This document shows, piece by piece, positions 35,001 through 44,752 of a stretch of 64,000 bases of DNA (positions within the stretch are counted from its first letter, which is position 1; every line of letters begins with the position of its first letter). Location: contig SUWA01000003.1 in the NCBI GenBank assembly GCA_015061695.1, positions 65-64,064 on the forward strand, written 5' to 3'. This DNA is from Lentisphaerota bacterium (GTDB taxonomy: Bacteria; Verrucomicrobiota; Lentisphaeria; Victivallales; Victivallaceae). Made by a program: the position numbers and the translations under genes. The notes under the pieces are model-generated. The model searched no databases, was not told the origin of the DNA, and worked only from the letters and a program-made list of their open reading frames with translations.

Positions 35001-36046
35001 GCATCCGGCGGCCAGAAGAAGCCTGTGCAGTTATGGCCCGGGAATTTGCCAAAACGCTGCTGGGCGGTGCCATGATGTATCTGCATGAATTCGGCAGCGA
35101 CCAGCGCAACTGGTTTGATGACGTTATGATTCTTCAGGAGTTGGCAAAATTACAGAAAATCGGTCAGTATGCCATCGAAAATGACTCACTGGCACCGGTC
35201 AGCGAAATAGCAGTTATCGCCAGCGAAAAAGTTTTCCATTACATGCGGCAGGAAAAACGTTATGTATTTACCGACCAGGTCGGTACCCGGGGATTTTTTC
35301 AGCGCGCCGGAGTGGGACGCATCGGAGCACCGTTTGAAGAATATACGGTCGATGCGTTCTGCCATGATAAGGCGATGCCGGACTATAAGTTCTACATCTT
35401 TTTGAACGTATATTATCTGACAGATGAAGAACGCGCCGCCATTGAACAGAAACTGGGTCGCAACAACGCCACCGCGCTCTGGTTTTATGCGCCCGGATAC
35501 CACGACGGGTACAGCGGTAATCTGGAAAATGTACATAAAAATATCGGGATCAACCTCAAAACCATTGATGTAAAAACTGGCTTGCAAATGCAAATGCTGC
35601 CGGATAACAAGCTGCTGCAAAACCATCTTGCTCCATTCGGAATGTACGAAGAAGATGTCCTGACTCCGGTGTTTGCACTTGACGACCCGGCCGCCGAACC
35701 GCTGGCAATACTCTGCAACAGCGATGCGGTAACTCTGGCACGGAAAAAACGCAATAATGTAACTCATTATTACGCAGCGTTCCCGCAGTTGCCGCCGGAA
35801 GTACTGCGGGCCATGGCTCAGCAGGCCGGAGTGCATATTTATTCGGATAAAAATGATGCAGTATATGTATGCGAAGATTATCTGGCAATCCACACTTGCC
35901 GCGATGCAGCAGAACGCACCGTACATCTGCCGCAAACCCGCTACGCAGTAATGGTTTATCCGCAGCATGCCGCGCTGGGATCAGTCAATACCATAGAGTT
36001 GAAGTCTGATGTACCGCAAACTTTTATTTACCGGTTAAAAAAATGA
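32018..36046 (+). CDS. Large secreted/anchored CBM4_9-like domain protein with a jelly-roll segment and a TIM-barrel glycosidase-like (GH42/GH35-like) C-terminal half
   Basis: ORF 31985 (TTG) trimmed to ATG 32018. Hydrophobic N-terminal segment TAVICFLCIFSATDLSA. CBM4_9-like block ..GAIRVND..YYLRGLVK..WVKMEL..SWFDELQLV. Later motifs YWIWH..VIFYINGQ and PQLYINGQKVW..FHNAGCKVARVW. Confidence 0.7.
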   Translation: MIVHKKAAFLRIDSFIRNKRKNNHSSGSWCHYTIKTAVICFLCIFSATDLSAELQTERNIYSSMVQCEKFKAEDFSGHFTIDPEHGFKHSGAIRVNDDRSDAVITAVSRKLPIAADCGYYLRGLVKTNNAVTSHTLIQLNFCSKENQLLKSVTTAPTVSAEWVKMELLVSPQEIPSSAEYMQIHLIPAAGEESATGCSWFDELQLVKYSSIPTQVQLRSDEDDITDSSFFIDSSSSKLPMRDLPVELKDGNCFSAWMPYRDDPAPTLEISWGQNRQCSRVLLLPGSDGTLPEYLDVSIYDTSKLSFTEKKRLPVITEPTSPWSYIELNDLPDTRKIKLYLPAAQKNKLCEMRICVRKKQFENYSGYWIWHTREAEGHIKRVLRKKFTLSAAVEKAYLQGRGDDEVIFYINGQQCHFGEITRYLQSGENILVAEVTNHRYVGGLLAELEILCSDRSIYRVVSDKTWKTAYCPDGPPDYRKLEFDDSSWDHALEIVQPPYGIWGEVAYTMHLGRLPVRLDKEFFPAQVDAGSTLDIAVEMTPEVQLDSPIPVTLKICRNQQTFAVYQLDGGKLLHHAAAGKPIRLTSQIKLSCFYPPGEYDVELNLPFVELSGQPSRQKVFIANPRTSALPVAEIRKDGRQMPQLYINGQKVWNIFYTVPYAAGPAMQTTMIREFHNAGCKVARVWAHMQILDDNSFDFTTIDAQINQVLSDDPDTFIILCFMMDRGIQNDFFRKKYPEEMVVFDDGTMFKKPSLASEKWHSIAGNSIRTMLKHIQRAPYAGRIIGYLPCGGEEGQWLHHWGSNDPKQPGTLSDYSLPMLRYFRSYLQKKYQTDEKLQQAWRDDSVTLQTAAIPSRQARIMPVNGGMFRSPERDQSAIDFGEALSSCINYNIKYYAKIIKEETQGKSLTGFFYGHIADVGDGYIAEQSGYLNQQELLEADDIDFFCGPLEYRWFFRDLGGVSSFDYPTPSMLRSYNKLWIQEDDLRTHLFPREYAYSIRRPEEACAVMAREFAKTLLGGAMMYLHEFGSDQRNWFDDVMILQELAKLQKIGQYAIENDSLAPVSEIAVIASEKVFHYMRQEKRYVFTDQVGTRGFFQRAGVGRIGAPFEEYTVDAFCHDKAMPDYKFYIFLNVYYLTDEERAAIEQKLGRNNATALWFYAPGYHDGYSGNLENVHKNIGINLKTIDVKTGLQMQMLPDNKLLQNHLAPFGMYEEDVLTPVFALDDPAAEPLAILCNSDAVTLARKKRNNVTHYYAAFPQLPPEVLRAMAQQAGVHIYSDKNDAVYVCEDYLAIHTCRDAAERTVHLPQTRYAVMVYPQHAALGSVNTIELKSDVPQTFIYRLKK

Positions 36047-36183
36047 AATAAATACTTTTCGACCCAACAAATAAACCAGTAACAATCCGCACAGGGAAGG
36101 AGTTTCAAAAGCGGAACCATGTTCGAATCATAAAAGCAATTATCAACGTTGAAAATTGATGACAAATCTGTCAGGAGGAAAAG

Positions 36184-36921
36184 ATGATGAAGTTACAGAC
36201 AACTGAAACACGTACAATCCGCAGCAAACGCTCATTTACACTTATTGAACTGCTGGTAGTTATTGCCATTATTGCCATTCTGGCAGCTATGCTGCTGCCG
36301 GCATTATCTGCCGCGCGTGAACGCGCCCGCAGTGCAGCGTGTATCAACAACCTCAAAGGCCTGGGCATGAGCATGCTGTTTTATGCTGACGACAATAAAC
36401 AAATGATTATGGCTCCGAGTTATGCCCGCAATTCCTGGTACAGCCTGCATGTCGGATTCGGCAACAACGAATACCTCAAAGATCTGGTCTATGAAAAGAG
36501 TGAATCCGTTGCCCGCTGCCCCAGCCATCCGCTGATCGACAAAGCCACTCTGGAAATGGAAAACCAGACCTACGGTATGGTCTTTGACACCACCAGTCTG
36601 CCTGCCGCAGCGGTCATCCGCAACGCCGGAGTCAACGGCGAAACGTTTATTCTGGTCGATAAAGCCCAACCTTCGCAGTGCGGGTTGCTTTTTGACTCCT
36701 ACAGTGAGTCCCTGAAGTGTCAGTACCCGGCAATCGTGCGTCATGCCTGGGGCTACAGTTATCACATGCGTCATGGCAAAGTTGCCAACGGTTTCTTCCT
36801 TGACGGCCATGCACAAGGCTGTCAGGACGGTGATCTGGTGGCTCTTACCGAAATCGCCCAGGTTCCGGGCGAAGCAGTGTGCGCATACACCGCCAGCGGT
36901 GAGCAAAAACGTCTGCGCTGA
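36184..36921 (+). CDS. Prepilin-type N-terminal domain / H-X9-DG (DUF1559-type) pseudopilin-like protein
   Basis: AGGAGG RBS. N-terminus ..RSKRS|[44 protein letters not shown] matches H-X9-DG. Confidence 0.88.
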   Translation: MMKLQTTETRTIRSKRSFTLIELLVVIAIIAILAAMLLPALSAARERARSAACINNLKGLGMSMLFYADDNKQMIMAPSYARNSWYSLHVGFGNNEYLKDLVYEKSESVARCPSHPLIDKATLEMENQTYGMVFDTTSLPAAAVIRNAGVNGETFILVDKAQPSQCGLLFDSYSESLKCQYPAIVRHAWGYSYHMRHGKVANGFFLDGHAQGCQDGDLVALTEIAQVPGEAVCAYTASGEQKRLR

Positions 36922-36950
36922 TCACCTGATCGGTTGAACAGGGAGTTTTT

Positions 36951-39900
36951 ATGAGTATATCCAATAACATATTGCGTTTGTTCGGCAGTTTTCTGATCAT
37001 GGTATCCGGCAGTTTTATCGTTAAGGGCGAAGAAAGCACATCCGGTCTTGTCGGTATGCAGGAAACTGTTATTGCCAACGGAAAATCCGCCCCCAATGGT
37101 TATTTATTTTACACCAATGATCCGGATAATTACCGGGGGATCGTCAGCTATGCACACAGCAGCGACGGCATCCTCGGTATCCGGGGCAGTAAAGATAACG
37201 ATAACTATGCTTCATGGGAAGTTGTGCCGGAAGTCAAACTGCCGGCCGGTAACACCTACAGGATCAGTGCCGGAATAAAACACTCTCAACTGAGCGACAA
37301 ACAGCATATCGGTATTGAGATATACAGTTTTGATGCCGCCGGTAATCCCAAACGGTTGATACATGTACTGCATAACAACAGCATTATCGACCAATGGCAC
37401 ACTATCGGCGGCGAATTCACCGTACCGGAAGATTCGGCACGGTTGCGCGTCAGGATCGATCTGACCAGTCCCGGAGAGATGTTTTTCCGCGATCTGCGGA
37501 TAACATCTCAACAGGATTCAGCTCAAACTGCCGCACGTCTTTATCAACCGGGCAATTTTGATTTTATACAAGGTTACGTTAGTGATACTAACGGTTTGCC
37601 GGCAGCTGAACTGCCGCAGGAAATGCGTTATTATGACGGTAATACCCTGCATACGATCCCACATTGTTCCGTAGCGGAAGACTCCGGCAAAGCAATATTC
37701 ACCCTCAATGGTGAAACCGGAGTCAACCGCTCAATGCGCTGGATCAAAAAACTTGATTCGGCAGTTGATTTGAGTCAAATGCAGTTTTTCAGCATCCGTT
37801 ACCGCATTACCAATGTACTGCGCGCAATACCGGTAGCCGCAGTGGTTCAACTGCGCGGATATGATGAAAAAAACAACGCAGTCAAGGTGGATATGCTCAC
37901 CAGCAGCATTGCGTTTGATGACGGAGCTTTTCATACCGTAAGCGGAAAGCTGCCGGATAATTTCTGTCTTTCTGAAATCTCCGTACAGCTCAAAACCAAC
38001 TCATCCGGCTCGGTGCTGGAAATCGCCGACATAGCATTTTATAAACAATTGCCGCAAAGCGATTGCTCCGCTGCTGAATATCCAGCTGATTTTGTCAGTG
38101 TGGATTTAAATCGGTTCTTTAATGTCTCTGCAGCGGATGTTTACGCAGAAAATCTTGCCAAATACACCTTTATGGTGGATCGGGTACTGCAATTTACGCC
38201 CGAAAAAAACATTGTCAAACTCGAAAATATACCTTTCAAATTAAGTGATCAACCGCTCAATCTGGTCAAGCCGCCGTTTGACAACAGCAAAAATGCAGAA
38301 ACTTTTCCTTTCCTCGGCGAAACCGGAACTCGCAAAAACATCTCGCCGGTATCGCGCGAAGATGTCATTGAAATACCGGTCAACCGGAGCGGCGCCGCAC
38401 TCTATATGCTTTTGATCAACGGCACCAACCCGGAACAGATACGTTATACGCTGGGGCGCCGTCCGCTGCGGTTGGACGACATGGAAAATCTGACCGTAAC
38501 TTTGCATTACAGCGACAATACTCAAGTCCGGGCCTTCCCCTACTCGCTGGAAAATAAAGCATTTTATATTTCAGGCCGCAGTTCCGGTGTTTATGCCGTA
38601 AAACTCGATCCTGCCAAAACATTGACCAAAGTTACTCTGGGATTCCACTCCTATCATGTACACATGTATCTGGCAGCAGTTTCCATTGGCAGCCGGACTC
38701 CGGAGTTTGCCGCCCTGCTGGATGCACCGCCTGAAATACAGCGTCCGGTCAGCAAACCGCTTGCCGCCCCCGTAAAACTCGCACTCAACGGCAGCCGGTT
38801 GCAGGTAAATGAATTTATATTCGACCTCTCCGATGGTTTTTCCACCGTCAGGATCCCTTGCGGAACTGTTGATACATCTTCCGGTATCGGAGTACGCATG
38901 AACAATAACTTTTATACCGGACGCAACTTCAAAGTAACCGATGTGTCCATCAAAGATCAACAAGCACAAATCGTTCTGCAGGGCAAAGCTGAATACCTGC
39001 CGGGAGTAACGCTTTATCTGACCATCAAACCCAATACTGCAAGCGGTATCATCTGGCAGGTCAGGGTTGCCAACAACACCTCCAAGTCGATGAAACTGCA
39101 AGTTGCCCCCGGCGCATTGAATAAATTGCGTATGGCCGGCGGCGATGCGGTCTGTTTTCCGCGATTCCGCACCGAAGTAAGCAGTGAACCGGCATCTTAC
39201 CGGGCCGCCTACGGTCAGGAATTCATGCATCAGTTTATGGATTTCTTCAATTCTGATGCCAATAGCGGTCTTATGATGTGGGTCGACAACCGCAATAACT
39301 CCAAAATCGAGTTTATTGCTTCGCTCAACTCAAGCGGCATCAATGGTGCGATCGCCTTACAGGAGCGTTATTCGGAAGTTCCCGCCGGAGGCAGTATTGA
39401 TTTATCGCCGGTCAGCTGGCAGCCCCATGCCGGCGATTGGCACAGCGCGTTGGCCATATACAGGGATTTTCTGGATTCATTCTATGACCGCGGCAACGAC
39501 AGTGCCCGCAATTATTTCTTTGAATCAATGGTCAACAATTGTTATCACACTACCCACACGCTTTCGTGGCGCTTCTACAAAGTACCGCCGCTGTTGAGCA
39601 AAGATAAAAAAACCTGGTACATTGACGAAGTACATGAATTTGAAAAGCAGCATCTGGGGCGCAAACTGGATTTTGTTCACCTCTGGTGGAGCTACAACGA
39701 TGCCGAAGACCGTTTTTCGTACGGTCAGTGGGCAAGCGACAAATTCTATGCTCAATCCGGCGGTTTGGAGTCGTTCCGCGAAGCGATCCGGCACTATCAG
39801 GAGGATCTGAAAATACCCGTATCCCTTTACACGATCAGCGACCGGGTCAAAAATGCCGATGTGGAAGGTACCGGATTCGATGCAGAAAAGATGGTCAAAG

Positions 39901-40796
39901 CCTACCCCAATGGCGCTTTGCTGCTGAATGAAAGTGAGAGTTACACTTGTTTGTGTGCCGATGCATGGGTCGATTTTGCGGTTCAGGATCTGGCAAAACT
40001 TATGCGCGACACCGGCGCAAAAATCATCTACAGCGATGTGGTCAGCAGTTTCAATAATTCCGTGTGTTACAGTCCCAAACATGGCCACCCGGTTCCCTCG
40101 AACTCGACCGAAGGCGACCTGAAGTTTATTTACAAACTCCGTCAGGCCCTGCCGGATGATGTGGCGATCTGGACCGAGTACGGTCAGCCGGATACCACCA
40201 GCATGTACAGCGACGGATTTATTTCCTATTATTTTCAGGAATTGCAGGAATTTTTTGCCCCGGTCGGCGACCGCAGCGACCACCGGAATTCAAGATTTTT
40301 TGAAGTGCCGTTTGCCTCGGTACGATATCTTCTGCCGCGCTACAAACTCTTTGTATTGCCGGTAGGGCTGGAGGCCGGCAATAAGCCTTCGCAAGCCGAT
40401 TATGCCTTCTTTAACGGCGAAACTTTCCACGAAGATACCTGGTTCATGCACGACAGCCGCATCCGGCACCGGCTCAACCGGGCATTGGCAATCAAAGATG
40501 AATACAAAGATTGCTTCCTGACCATGACTCCGGAACCGCGGGTACAAACTCTGGCAGGCGGAGTTTACGCCAACCGCTTCCCCGGCAAAAACCGGACTTT
40601 GTGGACGGTTTACAACGCAACCGCCATGACCGTAAACAAGCCGCTGCTGGCCATCGACCACCAGCCCGGGGCCCGCTACATTGATGCGTGGAACGGGCAG
40701 GAACTTGCGCCGCAGATCGTCGATAACAAAGCAATAATTACGCTGGAGATCCATCCCCAGCAGAACGGAGCTGTAGTTCAAGTTCTGAATAAATAA
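36951..40796 (+). CDS. Large (1281-aa) secreted CBM4_9-like domain protein with a glycosidase-like C-terminal region
   Basis: Signal peptide MSISNNILRLFGSFLIMVSGSFIV. CBM4_9-like block ..ASWEVVPEVKLPAGNTYRISAGIKH..WHTIGGEFTVPEDSARLRVRIDL. C-terminal part has WQPHAGDWHSALAIYRDF and TIM-barrel-like motifs. Catalytic family not assignable by eye. Confidence 0.7.
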   Translation: MSISNNILRLFGSFLIMVSGSFIVKGEESTSGLVGMQETVIANGKSAPNGYLFYTNDPDNYRGIVSYAHSSDGILGIRGSKDNDNYASWEVVPEVKLPAGNTYRISAGIKHSQLSDKQHIGIEIYSFDAAGNPKRLIHVLHNNSIIDQWHTIGGEFTVPEDSARLRVRIDLTSPGEMFFRDLRITSQQDSAQTAARLYQPGNFDFIQGYVSDTNGLPAAELPQEMRYYDGNTLHTIPHCSVAEDSGKAIFTLNGETGVNRSMRWIKKLDSAVDLSQMQFFSIRYRITNVLRAIPVAAVVQLRGYDEKNNAVKVDMLTSSIAFDDGAFHTVSGKLPDNFCLSEISVQLKTNSSGSVLEIADIAFYKQLPQSDCSAAEYPADFVSVDLNRFFNVSAADVYAENLAKYTFMVDRVLQFTPEKNIVKLENIPFKLSDQPLNLVKPPFDNSKNAETFPFLGETGTRKNISPVSREDVIEIPVNRSGAALYMLLINGTNPEQIRYTLGRRPLRLDDMENLTVTLHYSDNTQVRAFPYSLENKAFYISGRSSGVYAVKLDPAKTLTKVTLGFHSYHVHMYLAAVSIGSRTPEFAALLDAPPEIQRPVSKPLAAPVKLALNGSRLQVNEFIFDLSDGFSTVRIPCGTVDTSSGIGVRMNNNFYTGRNFKVTDVSIKDQQAQIVLQGKAEYLPGVTLYLTIKPNTASGIIWQVRVANNTSKSMKLQVAPGALNKLRMAGGDAVCFPRFRTEVSSEPASYRAAYGQEFMHQFMDFFNSDANSGLMMWVDNRNNSKIEFIASLNSSGINGAIALQERYSEVPAGGSIDLSPVSWQPHAGDWHSALAIYRDFLDSFYDRGNDSARNYFFESMVNNCYHTTHTLSWRFYKVPPLLSKDKKTWYIDEVHEFEKQHLGRKLDFVHLWWSYNDAEDRFSYGQWASDKFYAQSGGLESFREAIRHYQEDLKIPVSLYTISDRVKNADVEGTGFDAEKMVKAYPNGALLLNESESYTCLCADAWVDFAVQDLAKLMRDTGAKIIYSDVVSSFNNSVCYSPKHGHPVPSNSTEGDLKFIYKLRQALPDDVAIWTEYGQPDTTSMYSDGFISYYFQELQEFFAPVGDRSDHRNSRFFEVPFASVRYLLPRYKLFVLPVGLEAGNKPSQADYAFFNGETFHEDTWFMHDSRIRHRLNRALAIKDEYKDCFLTMTPEPRVQTLAGGVYANRFPGKNRTLWTVYNATAMTVNKPLLAIDHQPGARYIDAWNGQELAPQIVDNKAIITLEIHPQQNGAVVQVLNK

Positions 40797-40859
40797 CCCA
40801 TATTACACCAGCAGAATGTATAACTTCTGAATATATTTTCTTAAATACAAATCAAACAT

Positions 40860-40906
40860 GCAACGGCTGCAGAATCAACGAATCTTGCAGCCGTTGCCTT
40901 TTTTAT
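40860..40906 (+). terminator. Rho-independent terminator
   Basis: 12-bp stem GCAACGGCTGCA / TGCAGCCGTTGC, followed by CTTTTTTATT. Confidence 0.85.
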
Positions 40907-40949
40907 TCTGTAAATTGGCTGCGACATACAAATTTTTATCAACTTTGAC

Positions 40950-40978
40950 TTGACAAACCGTAAAAGGTTATGTATACT
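40950..40978 (+). promoter_or_regulatory. Consensus sigma70 promoter of the tandem pseudopilin-like pair
   Basis: TTGACA (40950-40955), 17-nt spacer, TATACT (40973-40978), with the ATGTATACT motif. Implies a ~120-nt leader. Confidence 0.7.
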
Positions 40979-41103
40979 ATTACCGTAGCAGTTTGCAGGC
41001 GAAACGGTTCAGGCGTTATCCAATGCGGAAAAACGGTTCCGTTATGCTATCAACGTTGGGATAAGTAAGTAAGTGTAAAAATATAAAAAAGGAAAAGCGG
41101 AGC

Positions 41104-41790
<687 letters not shown>

Positions 41791-41830
41791 TAAATCCAAT
41801 ATTCTATCAACATAACGAAAGGTATATTTT

Positions 41831-42529
41831 ATGAAAAAACAATTTACTCTGATCGAACTTCTGGTTGTGATTGCCATCATTGCCATTCTGGCGGCGATGC
41901 TGCTGCCGGCACTCTCGGCTGCGCGCGAACGCGCCCGCGTTGCCAGTTGCGTAAGCAATCTCAAACAGATCGGTACTGCTAATTTGATGTATTGCGACGA
42001 TAACAACGGTTGGCGCGCACAGAACAACCGTGAAAAGCCCAATTTCACCACTATGGGTACCGGCGTTGCCACTACTTCAGCAAGCGCCTTACACCCGCAC
42101 ACTTTCCACACCTACTTTTCAGCCGGCGATGTATCCAGCACTACCGAAGTTGAAGAATATATAAATCGTTATTGGCGCTGTCCCTCCGATACCAACAACG
42201 CCAACAAAGCGGCCAACGGCAGTGTAAAAATCGGTAACAGCAGTTATTTCGGTTATTGGATCGCAGCTGCTGATGTTCCCGGCTACGGTTATACCGAAGC
42301 TGACAAATCAACCAGACAGCGCAACAGCACCCAGTGCGATCCGGGCAATGCCATTTTCACTGACTGCGGCATGCCGTGGCACCTCGGCACCACGGATGTA
42401 TTCAGCAACCATGCAAATTCATTCAATATCCTTGCCATGGGCGGCGATGTAACGAGTATTCCCAAGCCGACCAAAACGACTGCCGGCAGCAGCTGGAAAA
42501 CCGGTATCCAGTTCCTTGACAAGCAGTAA
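41831..42529 (+). CDS. Prepilin-type N-terminal domain / DUF1559-type pseudopilin-like protein (H-X9-GG variant), tandem paralog
   Basis: N-terminus MKKQ|[33 protein letters not shown]-terminal [22 protein letters not shown]. Roughly 60% identical by eye to 41104-41790. Confidence 0.85.
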   Translation: MKKQFTLIELLVVIAIIAILAAMLLPALSAARERARVASCVSNLKQIGTANLMYCDDNNGWRAQNNREKPNFTTMGTGVATTSASALHPHTFHTYFSAGDVSSTTEVEEYINRYWRCPSDTNNANKAANGSVKIGNSSYFGYWIAAADVPGYGYTEADKSTRQRNSTQCDPGNAIFTDCGMPWHLGTTDVFSNHANSFNILAMGGDVTSIPKPTKTTAGSSWKTGIQFLDKQ

Positions 42530-42555
42530 AAAAGCGTAAACAACGCGCATATCCA

Positions 42556-42599
42556 GGGGGCTGTTGCAAAACTGTTTTGCAACACCCCCATTTTATTTT
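42556..42599 (+). terminator. Rho-independent terminator
   Basis: Stem GGGGGCTGTTGCAAAA / TTTTGCAACACCCCC with one bulge, followed by ATTTTATTTT. Confidence 0.8.
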
Positions 42600-42719
42600 C
42601 CGGGAACTCTGCTGAAAATAAAAATTCATCTGCAGCATAAAATATAACCATTCTGCGCCCCGCAATACTGTTATGGTCAAAAATAAGCTGATAAATCCTG
42701 ATAATCCGATTTTTACGAC

Positions 42720-42748
42720 TTGACAAAAACGATTTTTGAATGTAAACT
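42720..42748 (+). promoter_or_regulatory. Near-consensus sigma70 promoter of the three-gene secreted-protein operon
   Basis: TTGACA (42720-42725), 17-nt spacer, TAAACT (42743-42748), preceded by ATG. Implies a ~105-nt leader. Confidence 0.65.
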
Positions 42749-42856
42749 TATTTTGGTAGTTTTTTGCAGGTGATTTGAGCGTAACTCAAAAAACTTTTGC
42801 CGGTTATTAAAAACTGTAAAATTTAACATAACACTCAATCAAACAAAGGATCGTGT

Positions 42857-44725
42857 ATGAAAAAATTCACCCGTTTATCCTGCCTTTTGCTGGCAGGAGC
42901 CTCAACGGCGTTATGCGCCGCTGATTTACCGTTCATTGCACCGGAAAATGTCAAACCGCTGCCGATCAAGGCCGAACTGACTCCCGGCGGTGCAGTGGAA
43001 GTCAAACTCAACAACTTGAGTTACACGGTCAATGCTGATTTTTCGCTTCAGCCGGGCTGGGCCAAGTTTACGGAGAAAAAAGCCGAAGGGTTCAAAACCT
43101 TTACCGTCAAGGGCAATACGCTGGAAGCCACCGGACCGGATTTTGCGCTCAAACGCACCATCGAGGTCAAAGACGAAGCGGTAGTCGTAACCGATAAGAT
43201 CACAAATACCGGCAAAGAAGATCTGCCCTTTATGTACCGCCAGTACCTGACTTACAAGGTCAAACCCAAAGAATACCGGCTGTGCGGCTACCGCATCTAT
43301 TCGCGCCGCGGCAACGGCAACAGCGGCATCAACAGCACGACTATTGTCATGCCTCAATCGGGCGGTTCGGTCGGTTTGCTGGCGCTCAACGACGTATTCA
43401 GAGTACACTTCCGCGCCTTTTCGGCCAAAGGCTTGTACGGCATCGGCGACGATAATCTGATCATTCAGCCCGGCGTTACGCAGGAAATGAGCTTCGCAAT
43501 TTTCCCATCCGAAAAGAGCGATTACTACAGCCAGATCAACGCCATGCGCCGTTTTCTCGGTATAAATTACGAAATCGCCCGCGGCTTTGCGTTCCTTACG
43601 CCCAACCCGCCGGGGGTGATCACATTTACCGATGGAGTTTTCCGTATCGGCAGAGAAAACAGCGTTGAAGAACTGCGCACCTGGATCAACAACAAATCCG
43701 CCACCTATCTGGTGGCCGGTGCCGTGGAGCGTTTCGGCGAAAAATCGCACGGTTCGGCGTGGATGAAAACCGCCAAACCCGAGATCCATAAAGAATTTTA
43801 CAAAAAAGTCCGCGCCGCCAAACCCGATGCTGTAGTAATGCACTACTATCACAGCTATCTGGATGTCAAGGCCTTTATGACCGATACTTACGAAGAAGCC
43901 CGCAACCTCAAACCCAATGGCGAACAATCCGACTACCGCAATCCGGCGCTGCCGCTCTATCTGCCCGTGGAAGGCAACTCCTGGGCCAGGCTGCAGGAAG
44001 ATCGCATCGAACGGCTGATCAATGAATACGGCGTAGACGGTATTTTCTGGGATGAATTCCCCCACAGTGCCAGTAACTACCACTTTGCTGAACCCTGGGA
44101 CGGTGTTTCCGGCGACATCCACCCGCGCACTCACAAGATCACCCAAAAGAAAACCTCGGTAGCGCTGGTAACGCTGCCCTGGCGCAAACGCATGGTCGAA
44201 AAAATGGCCGACAAAGGTATTTTCCTGATCGCCAACGGCGGCGGCTACACCAAAACCATGACCGATTTGTTTATCAAAAACAAATTCATCGCCTTTATGG
44301 AAACCGGCAGCGCCAGCAACCTCAACCACAGCCACCTTTCCACCCCGATCGGGCTGGGCGACCACCTGACCGAACGCAGTGAACTGGATTGCTACCGCAA
44401 CATGGTGCGCTTCCTGGATTACGGCAGCCTCTACTTCTACTACCACCAGCAGGTTGAACCGTTCACCCACCCGACTCTGGCCGAGTACATGTTCCCCATC
44501 ACCCCGGTGGAACTGCACGAAGGCTACATCATCGGCAAAGAACGCATCCTGACCAACCGTTCCGGCTATTACAGCTTCGGCGGTAACGAAAATGCTGAAT
44601 TGCACTTCTATGATGCCAACGGCTTTGAAGTCAAACGGCCGGTGGAAAAACTGGTCAAAGACGGCAAGACCTACTACAAAGTAGTGCTGGCCGAACATGA
44701 ATCCTGCGCTATCGTCAAAAAATAA
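42857..44725 (+). CDS. Secreted hypothetical protein, beta-sandwich N-terminus plus TIM-barrel glycosidase-like C-terminal half
   Basis: Signal peptide MKKFTRLSCLLLAGASTALCA. Later YGVDGIFWDEFPH resembles a glycosidase TIM-barrel strand. No family assignable by eye. Confidence 0.65.
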   Translation: MKKFTRLSCLLLAGASTALCAADLPFIAPENVKPLPIKAELTPGGAVEVKLNNLSYTVNADFSLQPGWAKFTEKKAEGFKTFTVKGNTLEATGPDFALKRTIEVKDEAVVVTDKITNTGKEDLPFMYRQYLTYKVKPKEYRLCGYRIYSRRGNGNSGINSTTIVMPQSGGSVGLLALNDVFRVHFRAFSAKGLYGIGDDNLIIQPGVTQEMSFAIFPSEKSDYYSQINAMRRFLGINYEIARGFAFLTPNPPGVITFTDGVFRIGRENSVEELRTWINNKSATYLVAGAVERFGEKSHGSAWMKTAKPEIHKEFYKKVRAAKPDAVVMHYYHSYLDVKAFMTDTYEEARNLKPNGEQSDYRNPALPLYLPVEGNSWARLQEDRIERLINEYGVDGIFWDEFPHSASNYHFAEPWDGVSGDIHPRTHKITQKKTSVALVTLPWRKRMVEKMADKGIFLIANGGGYTKTMTDLFIKNKFIAFMETGSASNLNHSHLSTPIGLGDHLTERSELDCYRNMVRFLDYGSLYFYYHQQVEPFTHPTLAEYMFPITPVELHEGYIIGKERILTNRSGYYSFGGNENAELHFYDANGFEVKRPVEKLVKDGKTYYKVVLAEHESCAIVKK

Positions 44726-44752
44726 ATTTTAATCACCATAAGGAAAAAAATC

